Source of the DNA: Moniliella sp. 'wahieum'
Lineage: Eukaryota
Direction: 5' to 3'
Length of the DNA: 64,000 bases
NCBI GenBank assembly: GCA_003971905.1
Contig: RSEE01000041.1
Location: 186,001-250,000 of the forward strand
This document shows positions 36,258-49,381 of the stretch, in pieces. Made by a program: the position numbers and the translations under genes. The stretch's first letter is position 1, and each line of letters starts with the position of its first letter. Under the pieces are notes generated by a model. The model was not told the DNA's origin. It saw only the letters and a list, made by a program, of their open reading frames with translations, and ran no database searches.

Positions 36258-37054
36258 AGACCTAGTACCTATATCCTGGGCAGCTACCATAATGCATCCA
36301 TCTGTTCGCAGTCGTTTTACCCTGTAGAACGGCACAACTCAGAGAGAGCCAGACACAACCTCAGTATTCAGTCCAAACTGTGGGGGGCGCGCCTCTCGAG
36401 AAGAGTAGGCACCGGTGTGAAGATAGGTTAAGCGTTAAGGTACATCGCTCACCGAGCCCGTGTCCCCCCCAGAATCCGAACCACCTTCATTAACGACCGC
36501 CGGAGGCTACTTGCTGGTGGTCTAGTGGGATTTGCTTGTTTCAATTGCAAGTGCCATTGAAGATGGATTGGGCAAAAACCGGGGAAAAACAGACAAAAAA
36601 CAGGCAACGCGTGACGGGACGTGAAACATTCATTTTGCGGCTCTTTCGCCGAAAGCGTGGTCCGCAACCCTGTCGAGCAGTGATCAAGTGTGTGCCGCAG
36701 CAGGGCGCCAAACACTCCTGCAATGCCAGTGGCGTAGCGACTTTTACAACCCTACGTTCTGTCTCTTCCAGCTTCAGGGTGCTTCGCTTGGCTCTCGAGC
36801 ACCTCCGCCTCCATTCCTCCGTCGACGGCCAACAAACCGAAGGTGTGTACCAGGATTTCTTTTGAGGGCAGCGTACGGAAAGATGGCTGTCGATATTGTG
36901 GCCACCTCGGTGACGCTCGGCCTGTGTCAATCCGCACCCTGGGGCTGGCCATGGGTTGCGGCGCAGCCCGCCTTTTATGTGTCCCGCGAACGAGCGACGA
37001 GAGAGGGAATGGGCGTGGTGGCTGACTTGCTTTACGTTGACAGAATAACTCAGA

Positions 37055-37523
37055 ATGCCCAAGGGTGCGCAAGGAACCAAGTACCGCATGACCCTCGGTC
37101 TCCCCGTGGGTGCCGTGATGAACTGCGCTGACAACACGGGTGCCAAGAACTCTCTTGTCATTGCTGTGCACGGCACGGGTGCGCGCCTCAACCGTCTGCC
37201 GCCGCCTCGGCCGGTGACATGTTTGTCGCTTCGGTCAAGAAGGGCAAGCCGGAGCTCCGTAAGAAGGGGATGTCACAACTCCTTTTTGTCTTTTTTCTCG
37301 AGATGATGACTGACATGCTGGGATAGTCATGCCGGCCATTGTCATCCGCCAGCGCAAGACGTGGCGGAGGAAGGACGGTGTGTTCCTCTACTTCGAGGAC
37401 AACGCTGGTGTGATTGTCAACCCCAAGGGCGAAATGAAGGGATCGGCCATCACTGGCCCCGTGGCCAAGGAGTGCGCCGACCTCTGGCCCCGTATCGCCT
37501 CCAACGCCGGCACTGTTGTTTAA
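37055..37523 (+). CDS. RPL23: 60S ribosomal protein L23 (uL14)
   Basis: [24 protein letters not shown]...[11 protein letters not shown] | [64 protein letters not shown]. One intron at about 37268-37326 and a 1-nt deletion near 37200. Confidence 0.97.
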
Positions 37524-40384
37524 GCGTCTGTCTGTCACGTTGGGCATGATGCTGTACGGAGTGCTATTCTAGAACAGATCCTCTTCGGTTAGCGCTCTTG
37601 TCCTTCTATGTTCCGTGTGGTGTGCTCATTTCAGTGCACCCATCATGCTTCTCCCCCGCATGCCCCCCCATCCAAAATTGACATTGGCCTCGGGTCTTTG
37701 GCCGTCCCCCCTCCCCGTTGTCTGTTTCCTCTAGCTCGATGTCGTTAGACCGATAGGGGGTTCGACTAACGAGTCCAACCCGGAGGCTGAGATCAGGTTG
37801 CCAGATGGATCTGATCGTGAAAGGTTCCTTCATGGTCCCGCGACATCCGTAACAGTTATAACAGGTCTCACGGACGCACAAGAACAGTTTTGTTTGCCCC
37901 TCATTTCATTTTCGCCTTCCGATCCCACCCAGTATTCTCTTCCACCTTTTTGCTCATCTGCTGCCTTAATAGAGAAGTCGTTTAACACACGGCATGTTCC
38001 CTTGTTGAAGCACTCATCAGCCCCCCCATGGCGATATCCATGGTGCCGCCGTGTGCCCATTCAGGTTGAAAGTTGAACCAAGTTATACTTCGATCATTTC
38101 ACGCAGCCATGATGGGTTCTTGGCCTTGTTGGGCGTTATTGGCACACGAGATCTCAGCTTTGGGTCAATAGTAGCGACGTCCTGGTCCACCCAACCATGG
38201 AGACCGCAATGGATGCTGAAGTGTTTGGAACAGTAGCGTAGGCGATTGATTGCGGGCGAGAGATAGTGTTGGTGGTAGGAAGCAGAACGAGGGCTATATA
38301 GGAGAAGGCTACTAGTCGCTGGCTTACGCGTGTACGCGCGCATCAGCAGTCTTCGGGGAGCTCATGGAGCCTCGGGGCTATAGTAAGGTCGAAAGTGCAC
38401 CGCGATCAGCCATGAAGCCAGTCACTGTCGCAACACCATACAAGAGTCAAGAGGACAATGCGCTGTCTTGATGGTTGTTGGACCAACAGAGGTTCTCCAA
38501 GTACTAATGTGTTCTTCTCAGCCACTTCACCGTGGATCTTCCCCAATTCTAAATGTTCCATTCTTCGTATGCCACAGTAAATGGTCTTTTGGCCACGCAC
38601 GGTATGTAATTCCCATAATTGCATCCGTGGGGACAATCTTCTCGCCACTCACTCTCTCGTCTTGGTCATTGATGACGATTTTGACATAATGTGGCATCAT
38701 AATGGGGTCCGTAAGCTCTTTCAATACCAACTATGGGAACCATGTGACCCCTACGTCTGTGTTAATCACCTTCACACCCTTATTCCCTAACCGTAACAGT
38801 TAACCCCTCCCATCTTTTTCAAGCGCGCAAGCTATCCTAAGGCCTAAGGCATATAACTTTAAGAATCGTTTCTTCCTTTGAATCTATGTGATGGTAACGG
38901 TGTACGGGCACCCGCTCCAGACGCTGTCGTTGGGCATATGGGCATCGCGCGCTCTGCCACATATAATGTGGAAGGCCCCATTAGCTATATAGCGCCTCTT
39001 GTGATTTCTCTTGAATCTCCGCTACACATCCTTCCCTTGAGGGTGGGAGCGCGGGACCCTTTTTTCTGGACGGTAGTTTAGGGGTATAAACCCTTGGACA
39101 GATCAATCGGTAGCTCGTACATTAATAGGTCCTCCTCCAGATCCCGGTTGAACCGAGCGGGTGTAGAGCGAGGGAGAGACCCTCTAGTTTTGGTGGCTAT
39201 GCCTGCGTGCAAAGGCCGCAGCCCAGACCCTCCGAGGTAGGAGCCGCGTACGTAGGTAGTTAGACCAGCTGAAGGGGTCCAGGAGCTTAGAAGTTATCCT
39301 CTATTCTCCTTGCAGCGTTATCACACTCGGTACGCTGTAGCTGGCGGGAACAGACAGAGTCCTAAAGAAGAGCAAGCGCTACTGATGAGAGTAACCGCGG
39401 CTTGCAGTGCACTCGACGGAAGTCGTAAATTCGTAAGCGTAAGAGTAGTAGAAGGTGGAAGGGCGAGAGAGGAACTGGGTGTCGGGGAGACCAAAGGTAG
39501 GAGACAGAATGGTCGACAAGGACCACAGCTAGCAAGCCTTAGACATGGCTGCTTATATACAGCAGAGGGAACCAGGCCTCAAGTGCCTCATGACAGGTAT
39601 AGACAGAATGCGGGGCACTTCCCAGAGAGGTAAAGACTAATGCACAGCCCTTGCTCTCCATGGCGCTGACGCTGCGCGTAGTCGGGCGCAGCACCAAGGT
39701 TTCTGACAAGACTGGGCGCATTGGGCACAAAGCATCGTGCCGATAACCAATGATGCGACCATTATGGCGGGCCGCTGATGATATCCGCAGCAAGGATAAA
39801 GTGTCGACTGGCTCTCTCTCGCTAATCTAACCGGACTGACGCGTGTTGGGCTGAGATGTCTATGACATGCGGGGCTCAGCGCGCTCAGCGTCCGGAGATA
39901 ACCGGAGCGCCCCGTAACAGCGTTACACTTTTCCTCGTTCCCGTGTTGGGATAGCATATTATGTGCAGAGTGGAGGGTATCTTCCCACCGAGCAATAAGG
40001 GCCTAGCAAAAGGAGATTGTGAAGACTGATGAAGTCGATGAAGAAACTGATGGCCACGTACTGATAATATAGACCGCACGAAAGCCACTAGTAACTCGCA
40101 TTCAAACAAAGAGGGGAGAGAAGACGAAGTATTATTACATGAACCATCATGCATCAACATGTTCAACACGCACCAACTAGTACGCATCACGTTACGCTGC
40201 ACCCTCTTTTTCCGGCTTCCCTTTTCCATGGAGTGCGATGACATGTGCTTGTGACAGCCGCTGTTGCCAAGATTTGGGCCTCTAACAACGCCACCATAGC
40301 AATTAGGAACCGAAAAAAACTGGACTTTCGTATCGAAAAAGCAATTCAAAATTAAAGCAGATCATATGAAGGTGTGAGCACATG

Positions 40385-41545
40385 ATGAGCTTTTAAGCTT
40401 TAAGTGTGGGCTATAACGGAGAGCCTGGGGGAGCCTGGTGAATCCGGTGAATATAGGTGACTGTGGTGACATATAACGACTATATAGTGACTAGTGTTGA
40501 CGTTGATTAGTGACTCTAGTGACTCTAGTGACTATAGTGACAAGCGACTATAGTGACTCGCTAGTGACTAGTGACTAGCGACTTCTGATAATGACGTGAC
40601 GCGTGACGCGTGGCTAGTGACTAGTGACTAGTTTGACTGGTCGTCCTAGTGCATGATGTATGGCAGGTCCCTTATAGCCACAACAAGTGCACACTTACCG
40701 TATGGCCCCACAGTATACGCTCCGCCCCTCCATATAGTTGTCTTCGTTATGTCCTTTTAGCAATCGTTCTTCGGTAACCGGTAACGCGGCAACCGGTAAT
40801 GAAGGCTTAGCGCTTAGCCTAAGCGCTTAGCAAGCGCTTCTATGGTAGTGTCATGGATTTTTTCTGAGTCTATGAGATGGACTAGACCGAGGAGGCAAGC
40901 CCAGAGGCAAGCCCACATATGGGCATGCGGAGAAGAATCGGTAGTCCATCAGTTACATCAGTCTTCAAGCCTGTGAAGACTTTGTGATGAGCGTCGTACG
41001 TTGAATACTGTGGGAAACACGGGGCCTCTCTCAACGTCAAAAGCGCAGTGGTATCGTCATCGCCACACGTCATGACGCTGTGGAGAGCGTGGGTAAAAGA
41101 GTATGGCCCACTCACGCGAGGAGAGACCTGAGGCTCACAGGCCTGAGGGCTTGAGGCGGGCCAGGGTAGGTTTGATGGGCCTAGTATGCTCGAGTCCTCA
41201 GACCTGGGCCTTCGGCCTTAGGCCTTGGCCTCAATATTCAATGCGCTCAAGCTTCTTGAGCTCGTCAAGCTTCAAGCTTCAAGCTTCGAGGCGCTGAAGT
41301 GTTCGATACGATGTAGATGTTTTGATTATGTGACGGATACTAATGTCTGCGGGTCACTGGCGGACTGATCCATGATTGCACATGTTGGGCTTTTGCCGGC
41401 ATTCGCTTGAGGCCACGCGGGCATCACCATCCCCTGGCACAGGTGCCGAGGATTCAATATTCAAGCTTCAAGCTCCGGGCTGCTGATGCCTGAGCCTCAG
41501 ACCTTAGGCTAGAACCTTAGGCCTCTCAGACTCTAGGCCTTCCGG
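40385..41545. repeat. Island of palindrome-plus-spacer mini-arrays (7- and 9-bp periods)
   Basis: ACTCTAGT-G-ACTCTAGT-G-ACTATAGT 40513-40538, ACGCGT/ACTAGT chain 40599-40632, AAGCTT x3 41267-41286, AATATT-C-AAGCTT 41456-41468. Confidence 0.9.
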
Positions 41546-42783
41546 GTACCATATGAATGGCGCCAGCCACAGTAGTAGGGTGTGTGTACACGATGTGAAC
41601 TCATGTCGAAGATGGGGGGTTGGACGACATTGATCCGTCATCGAGCGTCATCTCATCGCCCCATTGGAGACAAGAAATTTGGGAGGGTACATTCGCCCCC
41701 TGCTTCGTCAGCATGTAAAATGTATCTGTTTGCCTTCTTCGACGGCGTAGCCCCGACCAAAACGGTCGACACGAGGCTTGTGGACCCCACAGAGAGGACA
41801 CCAGAAGAGTCGCCGTGACCCTACTGGATTGTAGAGTGACATGGGAGGAGGTGTGAAGCTTGAAGGGTGAGGCATGAGGTTTGCGAGGCCCGAGGCGGAG
41901 AAAAGAGCCCGCTCTTCACTCTGCGGACGACATGCTGTTGACGGGGGTGGAGGTGGGATGCAGGTTACCCAGCCCTTGGAGGCAGAGGCTGTGAGTTTGT
42001 GGCGTATTCGAACACCCATGGCACCCAGACTCACGTACTCATCGATCATGAACGCATCAACGTAACACTCGCCCACGGCGAGTGGCGCTGGTTTCTGCAC
42101 CCTGGCCAGCCAGCCTTCCAACCAGCAGGGCTTGCTTTGTTTTGTTCAAACACCCCGTCCGGCAACAGCTTCAAGCTTCATTGGCCGAAGGGTCGGGTAC
42201 GCTGAGCATCGGCTTCCGCTGCGTTGAGCACGTTGAGTGCTGTCACCACCACCACCACCCGTGTCGGCTTCGGCCTCCATCCTCCTCTGCGGCCCATTCT
42301 CAACGCATTCGCCCTCCTCCCGTCTCGCCCCACCTTGAACGAACAGGCTGCGCCCCTTCTCCCTGCCATTGCCCTGGTGGCCACCATCCTCAGCATATCA
42401 ACGGATCAGTGCCTCCGTGCCTCAGCACCTCAGCACCTCAGCGCCCGCTGCCCATTCAGCACGCCGGGGCCTGCAGGCAGCCCCGTTTAACAAAGCTTAC
42501 TCTCCCACTCCCGTAGAGGCGTGATCTTCTTCCTTTTCCCTTTCCTTTTCCTTTCCCCTTCCCCCTCCCCGCCTAACCCTCTCCCCTTCCATCTGCTCGA
42601 AAGCGCGCCAATTCAGCGCGTGCCATGTCTGTGCCCCGCACACGTTTTCCTCATCCGCCCACTCGTTCTGGACGTTCGTTTCTGCTTCGTAATTCACCAC
42701 CGAACACCATCAGTCGAAGCAGAGCGTTGAGCTCAGCTCTAATCACTCCTCGCTATGCCTCCCTCCCCACCTCGCCGCTCAAC

Positions 42784-45700
42784 ATGCCCTATCCATCTTC
42801 TTCTATCCCGTCTCACTCTGAACCAATTCTCCAGCCTCCTCACACTGTCTTCGATCCTCCTTCCCTCCAACGGGCCCACTACCCTGCACGACTTGCGCCC
42901 TCTCTCCTAACTTCAGCCCCGTTCCATGCCACATCCTCAGTATACGAAGGGGATCACGGGCAGCGTTCGGCCCCAACGGCGTCGCTAGTGCATACGGGGA
43001 GCTCCCTGTATGGCTGGGCGATCGTGACACTTCTGCATTGGATCCTGAGGTACGTTTCTGTTCAAACTCTTTTGATGCCGATGGCCTGCCTCCGCTGCCA
43101 GTTCTGGGAGACTAGAGGTACTAGCTAGCGACTTACGGGACTGGGTACGGCTGCACACGTGAGGTGACGTGCACGACTGTATCAGTGCTGTGGCTTCTAG
43201 GGGGAACGCCAGGAGTCGTGATGCTGCTTACCCGCGTGCGCGCGGCGCACGGTACCGTCTGGGGGCCAGGGCAATGAGCAAAAGCACAGAAGCTGACCGT
43301 GTCTGCCTTTCTTCACTTCGTCCTTTTTCGAATGCCGTTGTTGGTACCCAACCGTCTGTTCACCACCATTGCGTTAAAACAATCATCGATCGTCGTGCTC
43401 TGATCCTCGCTTGTGACTGCGTGGGGTGACCGATACGATGTGCTTGTGGTTACGCCGTGGCGCGCATTCCCCGCCAATGCGCTTACTGCGCTATTGGACG
43501 TTTCTGGACTCGCACCGAACGCGCTGTGTGCCACCCGCAATTCACACTTCTTTGCATGGCCGCTATACCTACGTTATCAACTCGCCACTTGTCTACTATG
43601 CAACTTGCCGGAACCGAACTATTCATATGTGATTGCCTCGACCTCAGCTTCAAACCCAACATTCACCTTCTTCAACATGGTTGCCGTCGCGTCATGAGCA
43701 CATGATCTCCATGGCTGCCCCCACCACTATTTCCACTGAAGCACCGGTTAGCCCCGCTATTCCTGCCATCTCTGCCCGTCCCGTCTTGAACCCCGACGCC
43801 CTACAGACGAGGCATGAACCGGAATTGGCTCATTTGCCAACTCCAACGACCAATGAGTATATGGCGTTGCTGCTGGCCGCTGGCAATCGTTCTCCCACCG
43901 ACAGCCCCATCCATGCGTTCGCTTCATCCTGGCTGCAGACTCAAACGGGTATGGGGCAGGCCTTCGCGAGACCCAGTCTCCCTCTGCACATTCTCCTGTG
44001 ACCACTTTCTCCCGTTTTCCGTCGGCCCCCTCAGCTCCCTTACACGCAACACAAACTTCTTTCCCTTGCCTGGACTCACCCTCCCTTCCAGACCACCATG
44101 ACGAGGCCAGCCCGAAATTGTCGGTCAGACCACCCATTTCACCTTTGCATGCGTATCAGTCAGCCTCCCGCTCCCGGCTGGTTCCGACTTCTTCCCCTCG
44201 TACCTGGGCCGACATCGACGCTGGACCAACGAAATATCACCCCAAGCCATCTCCCGTCATCCTGGCTCTGGGCCTGGTCCATCGTTGGATTCTGGTTACC
44301 TCCCACCCCCTGCCTTGGACCTTGATCTTGCTCGTGAACTCGAAGCGGCTTCTTCCCTTACTCCCAGCCGCCCGAACTGGGCTACACCAGTCGCTCTAAG
44401 GGAACAGGTGTACTCCTTACCTCATCCTACTAGCTCAGGAGGGAGATGCGAAGATGAGTATGGGTACCAGCGTCTAAGCCATGCTCCTACGTTCCTACCT
44501 GGTTCTGCCTGCCCCCCGACCCCCCAAGGAAGCCAGCCGTGTTCGCCGCCCTTCAACCAGAGTGGCAGGTGCGTCGAACGCGAAGCCGAAGTGCCTTAGC
44601 TCCACAACAGGCTGCCACTTATGAACAAATGCACACGTTGGCCGCCGGCCTACCCCTAGGCCCAGAGGCCAACGCTCTGATGCGCCTGGCCCAAATGGAC
44701 CTGTCTTCCTCGAACGCAGATCGCCGGATAGGCATTCTGCGCCGACAGACGACAGGGGCCGTCGGCCCTAACCTACAGGGTGGGCTGTCGCGCGATCCGC
44801 AGATGGAGTACCAGGCTCAAGCTCACCAGATACGCTTTGCTTCTGCAGTACCCTCTTCTTCTTCCTCGGTCCATACATCTTTGCAATCCTCGTTGCTCCC
44901 ATCCCCCTCTTCTGGGGGTGGGACTTGGCCCTCTGTCCCCATCCCGCCCACTGTACCCTCGGCAGCCTCTTTGTGGACTGACCAAGTCCCTTCGGACCAC
45001 TCTCTTGGTACTGAGTTGGACACACGTCTCCCGGTGCAGGAGGGACCTACGTTCCCCGCTTCAATGCGAGATTTGACCGCCCCTGGGCCAAGCCTAGCTG
45101 ATCCAATCTCCAGTCCGACGCAAGACCAGCAGCTGACCGACCCGAGTACATTCGTCCCTGCTATCCTCCCCCATGGACAAGGCCTTCCCGGTTCTTATTA
45201 TTCCCACAAGCCCGGACATGTGGCACGTCCAGTCGAGGCCCGCACCCCGCCAACCGAACCAAGTAGTGCAGCATCGCACGGACGCGCAGGGCCGAACGTA
45301 CCTACGAGCCAACGCAAAACGGAGCTGTACAAGACGGAATTATGCCGCAAATGGACCGAACGGGGGAGTTGTCGATATGGTTCCAAATGCCAGTTTGCCC
45401 ATGGAGAGAGCGAGCTGCGACCTGTTGAAAGGCATCACCTCTACAAGACTCAGATATGCCGCACCTTTGCCAACACGGGGGGCATTGCCCTTATGGGATG
45501 AGGTGCACTTTTCTCCATCCTGACTCGGACAACGTTGCCACCCAACCTCCTCTTCCCTCTTCCCTGACCGCAACTAGCCAAGCCGGGGGTGCACAATCAG
45601 GATCGAGTGGTTCGTCCTCGGCCTCGATGCCTCCCTCCCTGGTGGGGAAGAAGGTGGTGCCTGTTCTTTCATCAAGCCCAACCGATCGTAAGCATTCCCC

Positions 45701-46293
45701 CTCAGGACGCAAGCCCTGCTTCGGATCATTGCACTTCCAGCCGTGAAGAAACCAAGCCGGTTCGACAAGGGGGCAGTACCAAGGCACGGCAGGCACATGC
45801 ACGCAAACCCAGTGGGCGTGGTGGGTCGAGTGGGAGCGGGAGTCCGTCCAATGGAACGTCTGCTGCAGCCAGTGCCACCGTCGCAGTCTCCCGGTTGCAC
45901 GAGGCTCTGGCCCACGCTCGTGCACACCCGGGCTCAGTCAGTGTACCCATCGCTTCGGCCTTGAGTGAGGCCGACTCGGCTGCCTCCACCCCCGTGCCAG
46001 AAACCCCTTCTCCCAATCAGCGCCCCGGTCGGAATCCCATCCCCATCACGCCCCTGCTCAGAGTAAGCCGGGCTATCGCGGCCCCATTGGACGCCGGGCT
46101 CGTAACCATCCCAACTCTTGCGGGGCCAGTCCATGATCCGCGCATATGGCCGAGCCATCCGGCTCGAACTAAACTGCCGCGTCGATCCCGGCCGAGTCGC
46201 TGGTTAGGGCGCCCGCGCCCAACCTGGGGGACAAGTAACCCATCCACTTCGTCTATTTGTCTAAGGCAGGGAGGGAGGTGGCTGCCCTTCTGA
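42784..46293 (+). CDS. Tandem CCCH zinc-finger mRNA-decay protein (Tis11/TTP, Cth1/2, Zfs1 family)
   Basis: [27 protein letters not shown]...[14 protein letters not shown](H)[12 protein letters not shown] at about 45320-45520. Flanks are low complexity. The start (42784 versus about 43703) and the end are uncertain. Confidence 0.88.
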
Positions 46294-46774
46294 GCCCCAG
46301 CCCTTATAATTTGCTCCTCTCTTGCTACCGCCCTTCTTGTACAGCATCAAGGCCACTGCTCATGTCTGTCCCGGGCATATTCTTCCCTCCCCTCTTGCTA
46401 TCTCTCCATTCCTTCCCTCGCTATATGCTCGCGAACACCTTGATTATTATTGCTTTATCACTCTCATATCTCTTTCAGCTGTATGCCACGCTCTCGGTTT
46501 CTATCTGATCCCCTTGACGAGTCATCGCTACCAATACGACCACTTGGATAGCGGCTGAGCAGCAAGGCCAAAAGCAGCAAGGCCAAAAGATGTTAGACGC
46601 CTGTGAAACTGCAACAGTGAAAATAGACCATGTATGTGCGAATGCACGTCCATCAACACGCCTAGTAAGGCCAACAGCAGACCGGGTACAAAGTAGGATG
46701 CACCCATTTGAGCTGGGCTAATCAAGAAGGACGCATGGCAGACGTAAATTGTGGTGGGCAGGGGCAGCTCGGTT

Positions 46775-47812
46775 TTAATCGCGCAGCAGGCCCGGACGCT
46801 TCCCCTTCCAAGGGTCCAACCCTGCTGTTAGCCTCTGCCCAGCAAACGAGCGAGGACCAATCAAGCTCAGCGTCGGGCGGGCGTTGGCCCGCGCCGCAAT
46901 CATGTGCGAATTGGCCGAGTCAATCACGTTGACGGGGCAGTCGACCGAGTTGGCCAGACGGCGAATCAAGTTCGCATCCTTGATGCCGCCAGAGAGACTG
47001 AATCCGTCTTCCCCGCGGAAATTCGAGTCGAGGATTTCTTGCCGTACGAGATGGCTGGCTGAGCTGGGAAGACTTCTTGGATAAAGTCGTAGAAGCGACC
47101 GGCTCCCACATCGGTCTTGTCCGCCAACGTCATCGACTCGCCCAGCAGCTCAATCATGCCGAGGATGAATGAGTTGCCCAGCAGCTTGAACCGGGCCGCC
47201 ACCTCATGGTTCCCACCAAAGTCCATATCTTCCGACCCATGCAGGGCGAGAGGAATGAGAGAGATGATGTGCTTCGAGCGCCAGTTGCCACCAGTGGCAA
47301 AGATAAGGTCCTTGGCGCGCGCCACAGGGGGCGGACCAAACGCTGGAGAAGCAACAAAGTGGCGCCGGGGAGAGACGAAACCTTGCGCTCGATCGCGCCG
47401 GTCGTATCAGGGTAGATTGTCGAAGTGTCGGCCCAGACGGTGTGCGTGTTGCTCTGCTCGTCAGAAGCCTGGCGGCGTTTGGCATCGGCTTCGCACTCTC
47501 CCCATACACAGCCACCGCTGCCTCATCGCCGGTAAGAGAAGTAAAAACGATCTGGCATGTCTGCACTACCTCGTCAATTGAGGCAGCAATGACCACCTTG
47601 CCACCTTTGGCTTCCACAGCGGCCGCGAGCTTCTCGGCCTTAGCTTTGGTGCGGTTGAAGACTTTGAGTGGTGGCAGAGGCGGCTCGGCCTGAGGCATAG
47701 CCAAGGCCAGGTTCAGCGCCATGGCCGAGCCCATGTTGCCAAGGCCAATGAAGCCGAGCTGAGTGCCCGACGCGCATGAATGCGAGAGCTTTTCCGCTGA
47801 GGACGACGACAT
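46775..47812 (-). CDS. NAD(P)-dependent beta-hydroxyacid dehydrogenase (6PGD/3-hydroxyisobutyrate dehydrogenase-like)
   Basis: LGFIGLGNMGSAMALNL, VFNRTKAKA, FDNSTLIRP-like motif, FVASPAFGPPP, catalytic Lys in AARFKLLGNSFILG, DWSSL-like C-terminus. Confidence 0.88.
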
Positions 47813-49381
47813 GGGGAGAGAGATGGTGGGGGCAGAGGTAGGAGGTCAGAAGGGCGGTGAGGAAGAGGGATGCCGACAGGGTTGGCTGGGCCGCCACTCT
47901 CCCGCCGGGCGCCAGTGTAGAGCGGGCCATTTCTCAAGTGTGCTGCTCCGAAAAGGGGGCGGACACTGCCCTGGCGCCGGCAAAGCAGAGCCGTGGGATT
48001 TACACCGCCGCTGTGCGTCCAATGTCATGGATCCTTGACTGCCCCCGTGCGGTCGTTGGAGGGCACACGAGGTTCCTTTGACGCGTATGACGTCCACGGC
48101 CGAGCGAGAAGAAGCGCACGGGCCAGCGGCTTGTGTGTGTCGATGCGCATGCCAAGACCTGAGGTACAACAGGAACAACACGAATGGGGCCACATATCAT
48201 AGCCACGCCAGGTTGCACCTGCCACACCCGCCTGTTGTTTGTCTGCAACCATTGCATAGGCCCAGTGTAAGACCGGAGGAACCCAAGGGATTGGGTGAAG
48301 AACCTCTGGAGATGTAGAGCAATGCAATCGCGATGGTGGTGGTTCAGGTCTAAGCCTTGTGCCACACCTAGAGACAGGGGTTCAAACAAGCCTGAGTATA
48401 CACGTGGAGGCTTGGGAGGACAAATCAGGGGTGAAGGGTGATGAGGCACCTTGGCCTAAGTACGGGACCACGGGTCCCAACACCCAGGAAGACCGAGAGA
48501 TATATGTTCGAGAAGATACATGATGTTAATGACGAGGCATGTAAGGATGTGCATGGGCGTCTGCCGTCTTTCTTTGTGAACCAAAAGTCGGCTGTCGCTA
48601 TTAGTCATTGATTGCTTCCCCCGTGTATGGAAATGCCCGAGAGCAAGGGAGGGCCAAGGGGTGCATGTGTATTAACTAACGTGGTATTGACATAGCGTCA
48701 GATCCTCCCTTGTTTAGGCCCCGCGGTCCATGGACATGACGAGACCGCGGCGGGTATAGTGTGTAAGGGTTTTGTTGGCGTATATGCAACCATGGATTCA
48801 CTAGCACCACCAAAGAAAGATGACGCTGAGTTCGGCCGGCCGATAACATAACCACCATAGCAAACGGAAGTACTATTATAGGGTTTTCCCCTGTACCGCC
48901 CTTGAGCTTCAAGCTTCACTTCTCGCCAGGAGGAAGAGTTCCGCTCGCAGGCTGCGCATCCCCTGCTTCTCCACCCCCCTTCTCTGTTCTCTTCCCTTTT
49001 CAGACGTGCATGAAGGTTTGTGGCTCACCATTTTACCTTCACAGCTTTTCTGAAAGCGAAGCAAATCTTCACCCGCTTTTCACCGCCTATAAGCATTCGT
49101 GAAAACTGGGGAGTATTTCGTTTTCAATCAAGGCCCATGTCCGGGCTTCATCTGAATATCTCACTGTACATCGGACGCCATCCCCCTGCTCACGCTGCCC
49201 ACCCTGAGCCACCTATTGACGGCAACGAAGCTCAAGCAATACGACGCCTGCATGGCCAGTCAATCTACATTCTTTTGCGGCCCTCCTGGCCAAACGCGTT
49301 GCGCACTCGACTATAGTACAAATGAAATTCGTTGCACTGGCTATACGACAGGCGTGCCTACTCTTTCACAGAACGCAGCGC

